This document shows positions 57,644 to 64,000 of a stretch of DNA of 64,000 bases, piece by piece. Location: NCBI GenBank assembly GCA_964016885.1, contig CAXHJY010001040.1, forward strand, positions 1 through 64,000, read 5' to 3'. The notes beneath the pieces are model-generated. The model saw only the letters and a program-made list of their open reading frames with translations, searched no databases and was not told the origin of the DNA. The DNA is from Eledone cirrhosa. Its lineage: Eukaryota. Positions within the stretch are counted from its first letter, which is position 1; each line of letters opens with the position of its first letter. Both the position numbers and the translations under genes were made by a program.

Positions 57644-60532
57644 TCTATATATATAAAACAGAAGATGTCTGTCTGTCTGTCTGTCTGTTTGTGTAACCGC
57701 ATGCATTTCTACATTTTACAACCGATTTGCACCAAATTTCATACATAGGGTTCTGAAATCCGATTACGCGTCATAGGCTATTTTATTTTTCCGTACATCG
57801 ATTGGAGACGGGGGGGGGGGGGCAGTAAACCGACTTGATGAATGTTGAAGTTGATATCAATCAATGCAACAAAACGTCATAACTGCTTGAGTTGGTATTT
57901 GGTTTTCACGAAGCGAGACGTATTGCTTACCCATGGCTTATAAAGGAAGGTGAACACATGAACTTTTACTTGAACTTATCAAGGGGACCCCGGGAGGCGT
58001 AAGCCCCTTCGACTTATCTATTGAAGTTCACATTAAGACTGTATTAGTACCTGATAACTTTTGAAGTTTACATTCGATCTTCGTTTTCACTTTCAAAACA
58101 ATAATCATTGTCGGATGAAATTTCAGAAATGTACACATCTAATTTATTTGAAGATATCTCACTAATATTATCTTTTGTTTCTTGTTCATTTTGAATGTCG
58201 TCGTGTGTAAAAACTTCAAAGTTGGTATCGTTACTTTCACAAGCCATGTTGATACAAACAAAAAATCTGTTCTAATTTCAACGTGTTGTTTTAAGTTGTT
58301 TCACTATATTAAGAGTTAATTTTTGTGGTAAGGGCCTAATCTCGCAGTAATCTCGAATTGACGAGATTTTGATGACGGTATTGTTTATTTTAGAACGATA
58401 TTTAAGTGTGGGTGTTATGGCCGGTTTGAACAAATGAAGGGGAAATAATTTCGGCCGGTTTGAATACTATAGGGTTAAAGGAGATTTAGTTAATGTGTTT
58501 ATGGTCATAAGGTTCCAGTTTATCATGCTGTGATTTTTCGGCCATTTTTGCCTGTATCCTTTCAATGGTTAGTACTTACTTATTGCTATGTTCGAACTGA
58601 ACAAACAAACTGACACTTATATACCTACCACTGTAGCCACACTATTTAATTTCCTTTGTCACAGGTAGTCCGTACACTGCGTTGTCCGTAACTTAAAACC
58701 TGAAATTTGATTGGTACACAAAATCTTGCAAAACATACCCACTTTCTCAGACCACATAGATTTATCACATTTTTTCACAATTTATATCCGTGTTTAGATT
58801 TGCTTACTTAAACGTTATTTGTCCACTATTTATGGTTCTCCCTGGTTAATTTTCTAAAAACAATGCCCCTCAAGAAAAGAACTTTCATTGGCCGAATATT
58901 TAATGATGCAAGTAGGTCTAAGCGAAGGCGTCTCACCGAAGATGTAAATGCGACTGCGATCAGGCTCTCGCAGAACGCTGTCCAGACGGCAGCTGCAAGA
59001 ACGGAGGAGGATGACAGTTGGCGTGAACTTTGATGGAACAAAGATGCTGTCGCGACTGCTGCTACTCGCGTGCGAGAGGATGAGGACAACGCGCCGTTCG
59101 ATGAAGTAGGGACGCCACTGCAACATCCGCTGCTCGCGCTCGAGAGGATGAAGGACGACGCGCCGTTCGATGAAGCAGGGATGCCACTGTTGCTGCACGA
59201 AATACTGAAACTATAGAGCAACGACGTGGCCGACTTCTGCAAAGTGAACAGCGGCGATCATCGTTACGTGACATTTCTAGGGCTTGCAATTCATGATGGT
59301 TGTTGAAGGCCTTTAACTACGACCCCTCCTCCGACTACGCTGTGCTTGCCTGGAAACCTGCATGTCTACAAGTCCCTTGACTCTATGGCTGATCCGGACA
59401 AAGTTAATTACCCTCCCGGATTGCCACCACACTTACTGTGACTTAAGAAAGGTGCCCCTGTTATGCTCCTCAGGAATTTGGAACTCCGAAGGCTTTCCAA
59501 CGGCACACGTCTGGTTGTCCAAAAGGCGATGCCTCATGTTATTGAGGCAACAATACTTACAGGATGTGGTAAGGGGGATACTGTCTTCATACCAAGGATA
59601 CCTCTCATTCCTTCCGGTAAAGACATTCCTTTCACATTCAGAAGGCTGCAATTCCCTCTCCGGCTCAGTTTCGCCATGTTGATTAACAAATCACAGGGTC
59701 AGACATTGACGGTCGTAGGGCTTAATTTAGAAGAACCGTTCTTCTTCCATGATCAGCTATATGTTGGCTGCTCTCGAGTGGGGAGCCGACATAACCTATT
59801 TGCTTTTGCAACTCGCGAGAAAACCCAAAATATAGTCTATAAGGAAGTTTTTTAGGCACCCCATCCGCCAACAAGTAATCACTGTTTTTTTTTTGTATAA
59901 GTGCTTATATTTGCTGTATCCATGTGCTATTTTTGTCCTTTTTGACAATACCACGTACGCCTCTGAGGTTGCTTTTGCTATACGTTATAAATGTTCAATG
60001 TCTCTGTTTTCCGCATTTATATGTTGCTATTACACTTTGCAATCGATGTTCCGTAGTTTTAACTTAATTAATCTACTTTTCCCTACATCTTATTTACACA
60101 TTTTTTTGACATTCCAGCGTGATCTTGCCAAGGCCGTTTTTGTGGCCACCGATTGTTACATGCTTTTCTATGTTACCATCTCAAATAACAAGCAAAGCAA
60201 ATACGACACACCAAAGTGGTGTGAAGGACTTCTTAAGGACCACCACCTCTAATCGGAGTTGTTTTTGCTGACAGCTCTGCCGCTGGGACTTTTAAGATTG
60301 AACGATCCAAGGCTCTCTTTAGGGCCACCAACTTTAAATTGTTACCATCAGATTTGTCTTTGCTGGCAGCACCGCCGCAGAGATATTTCAAAGTGATTGT
60401 TCAAAGGCCCTCTTTAGGGCCAACACCTATAAATTGTTACTTCTATAGTCGTGTTTAATGGAAGTCTTTTGGTTCATTTGAACAACTACTCCATTGAGAG
60501 TTATACAGGGCAACGCCGGGTACCTCTGCTAG
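57644..60532 (+). mobile_element. Internally deleted Helitron (RepHel N-terminus + PIF1 helicase C-terminus)
   Basis: 5' TCTATATATATAAAA...(GTCT)n; 3' GGGCAACGCCGGG...CTAG|T; coding remnants inside. Confidence 0.9.
59412..59855 (+). pseudogene. Helitron PIF1-family helicase C-terminal fragment
   Basis: LPGLPPHLL*LKKGAPVMLLRNL...LSNGTRL...IPRI...RLQFPLRLSFAMLINKSQGQTL...QLYVGCSRV...NIVYKEVF*. Confidence 0.92.
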
Positions 60533-60706
60533 TATTTTATAAACTGACTAGACTGTAAATGGACTAACTTAGTAAAAATTAATATTTCAAAATATTAATC
60601 AGAATATAAGTAAGTCAGTTTTCATTTGAGCAACAAAGATGAATTGTAAACTGGGGTATGATATGTTTACTTGAGTGAGAAAAAAATGAGTGCTTGCATG
60701 AATATA

Positions 60707-60963
60707 TTAACCATTTCATTAACATATTTCTAATGAAAAACACTGCTTATGATTTACATATGATTTTGAAAATAATAAAGATTCTAGAGGAATTTAGCAA
60801 TATAACTAACTGTATCATTATTAAGCTGGTGTTTGAAACATAACTTATGAATTTTCTTAAAATTATGATGGAAGGTTTTAGATAAATATAAAAACCTTAA
60901 AATAAACAGTCTTGTATCATAAAACAAGAAGGCAGTTTCGGGCAGTTTGGTAACAAGAGTTAA
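60707..60963. mobile_element. TTAA-flanked piggyBac-like MITE
   Basis: TTAA|CC...GAG|TTAA; homologous to 26978-27227. Confidence 0.6.
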
Positions 60964-61076
60964 ATAGAAGAAAGAAAAAAAAAAGGAAAAAAGTATGTTA
61001 ACAATTAACTCATTTTTATAAACATATAATATTGACTTTAGATTTTTACAATAAAATGGTGTAGAGGCTATATAAT

Positions 61077-61215
61077 AATTGTTCCTACTTTTGGCACAAG
61101 GCCAGCAATTACCCAGTGTATTACTGGCACTTTATTTTATCGAGCCCATAAGGATGAAAGGCAAAATTAACCTCGGCAGGATTTGAACTCAGAATGGCAA
61201 GGGCCGTAACTCTAT
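61077..61215 (-). mobile_element. SINE family A with TSD-like GTAGAGGCTATATAATAAT
   Basis: Matches the 11377 copy; the direct repeat lies at about 61061-61079 and 61218-61236. Confidence 0.85.
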
Positions 61216-61814
61216 GCGTAGAGGCTATATAATAATGTTTCCGAAAAAGAAAAATGTGCAGATATAAAGAGTACATGCAAAAAACAATAGGAATGAGGGA
61301 ATGTTGTGGGATTAGAACCCATGTGACCTCATAGGTACATCTTCATTCTTATTATCATTTTATACCCTATGTCATGGGTTGGACAGGTGGTTACGGTTTG
61401 ACTAAGTTTTAGTTTCAGGTTACTGACCCCACAGACAGGTTGACAGCAGTGAAATAAGCTATAACACCCTATAGGGCCACATGTTAAAAAAACATATTTA
61501 TTTTATCATTAGTTTTCATTCTTTAACACTAAATCATAAAAAATTATATTATTTATTTTTTATCATTAATATAAAAAATAATAATTATGTATAATTATGA
61601 AAAGATTTTTTACCCAAACCTTTTTTTAGAGAAGGGCCTCAAATTTCATATGGCTTAGAATCTCAGCAGGTGAAAGTTCTGCCATGATCAAGATACCGTG
61701 TCATGCATTTCAATTCTCAAATGATTTCTATAGATGGATACTCTTCCTAATACCAACTACCTCACAGTGTGTACTGTTTGGCTTTTATTGTGGCTCCAGC
61801 ACTTTCCTGTTGCC

Positions 61815-62296
61815 AACAAAGGGTTTTCTCTATGAACAAAAGGCTGCCTGTATGTGAAGTGCAATGCTGCATGGGAGAGTGACATTGGGCGTGAATGCAA
61901 AGGATATGTGAAGACTTAGGACAAATGAAGTTGCCATACTTCAGTGGATGTTTTTTGTTAATGGGCATGAATAGTGAAGCATTGGTGAACTAAGAGAAAA
62001 ACTGGGTATAAGAGGAATCAAATGTGGTATGCAAAAGAGAAGGGTGTACTAAATGGACATGTGATACACATGGATGATGATTCTTGAGTGAAGAAGTGCC
62101 AAGAGATCCCAATGGAAGGAAGCTGCTATAGAGGAAGATAAAAGAAGACATGAGCAGATGAACAAGAACTGATCTTAAATCGCTGCACCTCACAGAGGAG
62201 ATGACAAAGGAAAACAATTAGTAGAAGGAAACTGTGCTGGAAAAGACCCATTCAACCAATACAAGCATGAAAAAAAAGAAAATGATGATGATGATT
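61815..62296 (+). mobile_element. Decayed RTE LINE 3' end with (GAT)n tail
   Basis: LPTKGFSMNK...AMLHGRV...[13 protein letters not shown] remnants; tail CAAGCATGAAAAAA...ATGATGATGATG. Confidence 0.75.
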
Positions 62297-64000
62297 TACA
62301 CAGTGTACTCTGTGTACTTTACTGCCCAATGAATACAATCTTTTGATTCAGCAGCACCATTATGTATACCAGCAAGCATTGAGTTTTGAAATTGTTTCAA
62401 ATCTTAGCACAAGTGCACTGTAGGATTTGATTTGACCTTGATTCAGTTATATCACAAAATATCTCTATACTATCTTAGATTAGAGTGATACTACCAAATC
62501 TTTTAGCAAATATTTTTAGCAGAAAGCATCTTCTGAAAAGGTGAGCTATTTGCAGAAAATAGGAAAATTCCAGTCTCCAACTAGTAACAAACGCTAATGT
62601 TGAAAGATATTATTCACAATAACAAAAATAACTTACCTTTAAACATGGTAAATTATGTATAGGTCAAATGATAGTAGCATCAAATAGATAGAAACATGGG
62701 AGGAGGAGGGAATTCCTATAATTATAATTAATCAGAAATATCCTATTACATTTGCAAAAAGGATTTGATAAGGTAAAATGCCGTAATTTTAGAAAGGAAA
62801 GTGATTAAATTCTAGTATATTTAAATATTCAAACAAAGAACAAAATAAAATTCAGTAGGATTTGAAATGAAATTAGTGAAGTAACATTAAATCTGGATCA
62901 ATTATTTTACTATTCATTCAATACTACTACTTAGAGTGGGTGTAAACACTAGGCAGTCCTGACCAGTAGAACCTGCTTCTTCGCAAAAACAGAAGAGCAA
63001 TATGGTCAAATGTTTCCTGGGATAACGCAAGATAGTCATGAGATAATACACCATTGAAGTGATGTAGGTATTTAAAAAAAATTATTTTTAATCCCCCTAA
63101 ATGTTAAATTTGCTCGTCAAGATCAGATAAAATGTCAAAGCATTATATTCATCAGTAATGCAAAAATGTGATCACTGTATCATCAAGATGCATTATGTTG
63201 TTTTGGGAGACTATCAAGATTCTGGGTATCTTCAGACTATTTCAGAACATACAACTGAGCTATACTAGGTCTGCTGATTATCTGATCTCAGTATTCTTTA
63301 TCAAGCAATCATCATCATAAATTCCCACAACAGGTGCAATCAGCTGTCGCCACTGATCTCTATCCTCCATCATATTAGAAAGGGTTCAGTGTTGTAGGCT
63401 GTCTAGTTTTCAGACCAAAATTTTATTTGTCTGTCACTTCCTCCTCCCTCAACTGTGCCTTGAAGGATGGTTTTAGAGAGGGGGTTGTGGCAGGATACAT
63501 GACTGTACCAGGTAAGCTTCTGTGTTTTCATTGTTGCAAAAAGTAGTTTCTGTCTACCAGTTTGTTTTGTGCTCTATATATGGGATGCATGTCAAGAAAT
63601 ATTTACATTTAACAATATAGCATAATGTACAACCAAACTCCAAAAACAAATAGTATTTCATAATATGTAGAAATACTAAAGTGGAGGAAAGTGTAGAACA
63701 CACAAAGTCTACAGCTCAATATAAAATCTAAATAGATGTTACTTTATTTCACTCAAGTCAGTAATGTCTCTGATAAAAGTAACTTCTAACTTTTCCATTC
63801 CTAAAACTCATGCTTCATACTAACAAATTTAACCATATTCAATAGCAAGGAGAGCAGTGAGAGTTTGTCAGATTAACTTGCCCATATCCCAATAAATCAA
63901 GACGAAAGCATTCCGTGGCATCTCAATGACTCAATGAGTTATATGACATATCATACCATAAAACTTCAGTGATACTATAAAAAGATGTATGTTATTGACT

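Noticed and set aside
58826-59289. Ser/Arg-rich minus-strand ORFs
   Set aside because: Antisense shadows of the GC-rich Helitron N-terminal repeat region.
59463-59855. Host PIF1 helicase gene
   Set aside because: Intronless C-terminal fragment with an upstream in-frame stop, lying inside Helitron termini.

Overview
AT-rich, repeat-dense eukaryotic DNA. The huge (TA)n/(TACA)n arrays, (GAT)n-tailed RTE elements and tRNA-SINE families suggest an octopus/coleoid cephalopod genome (inference). The one clear host gene is PEX19 (peroxisomal import receptor) on the minus strand: seven coding exons between 51196 and 26721 with GT-AG boundaries and compatible phases, ending in the CaaX box CSIM*. Its first coding exon was not identified. 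Nearly all long ORFs in the supplied track are microsatellite artefacts. The rest is a transposon landscape: RTE/Rex3-type and CR1 LINE relics, tRNA-SINEs, a mariner, a hAT MITE with a perfect 8-bp TSD, TTAA (piggyBac-like) MITEs, a Tc2-type end and three related Helitrons, two of them fused head-to-tail. The least obvious signal is a cluster of minimal type I hammerhead ribozyme motifs (CUGANGA...GAAA...NUH): four near-complete ones at about 28.5, 31.5, 38.9 and 43.8 kb, plus a palindromic double core at 42.07 kb. They sit in short, dissimilar non-coding cassettes mostly bounded by (TA)n tracts inside PEX19 introns, consistent with Penelope-like/retrozyme-type elements. There are also several fold-back inverted repeats, including an apparently perfect 333-bp pair. 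All folds were worked out by eye; no searches were run.
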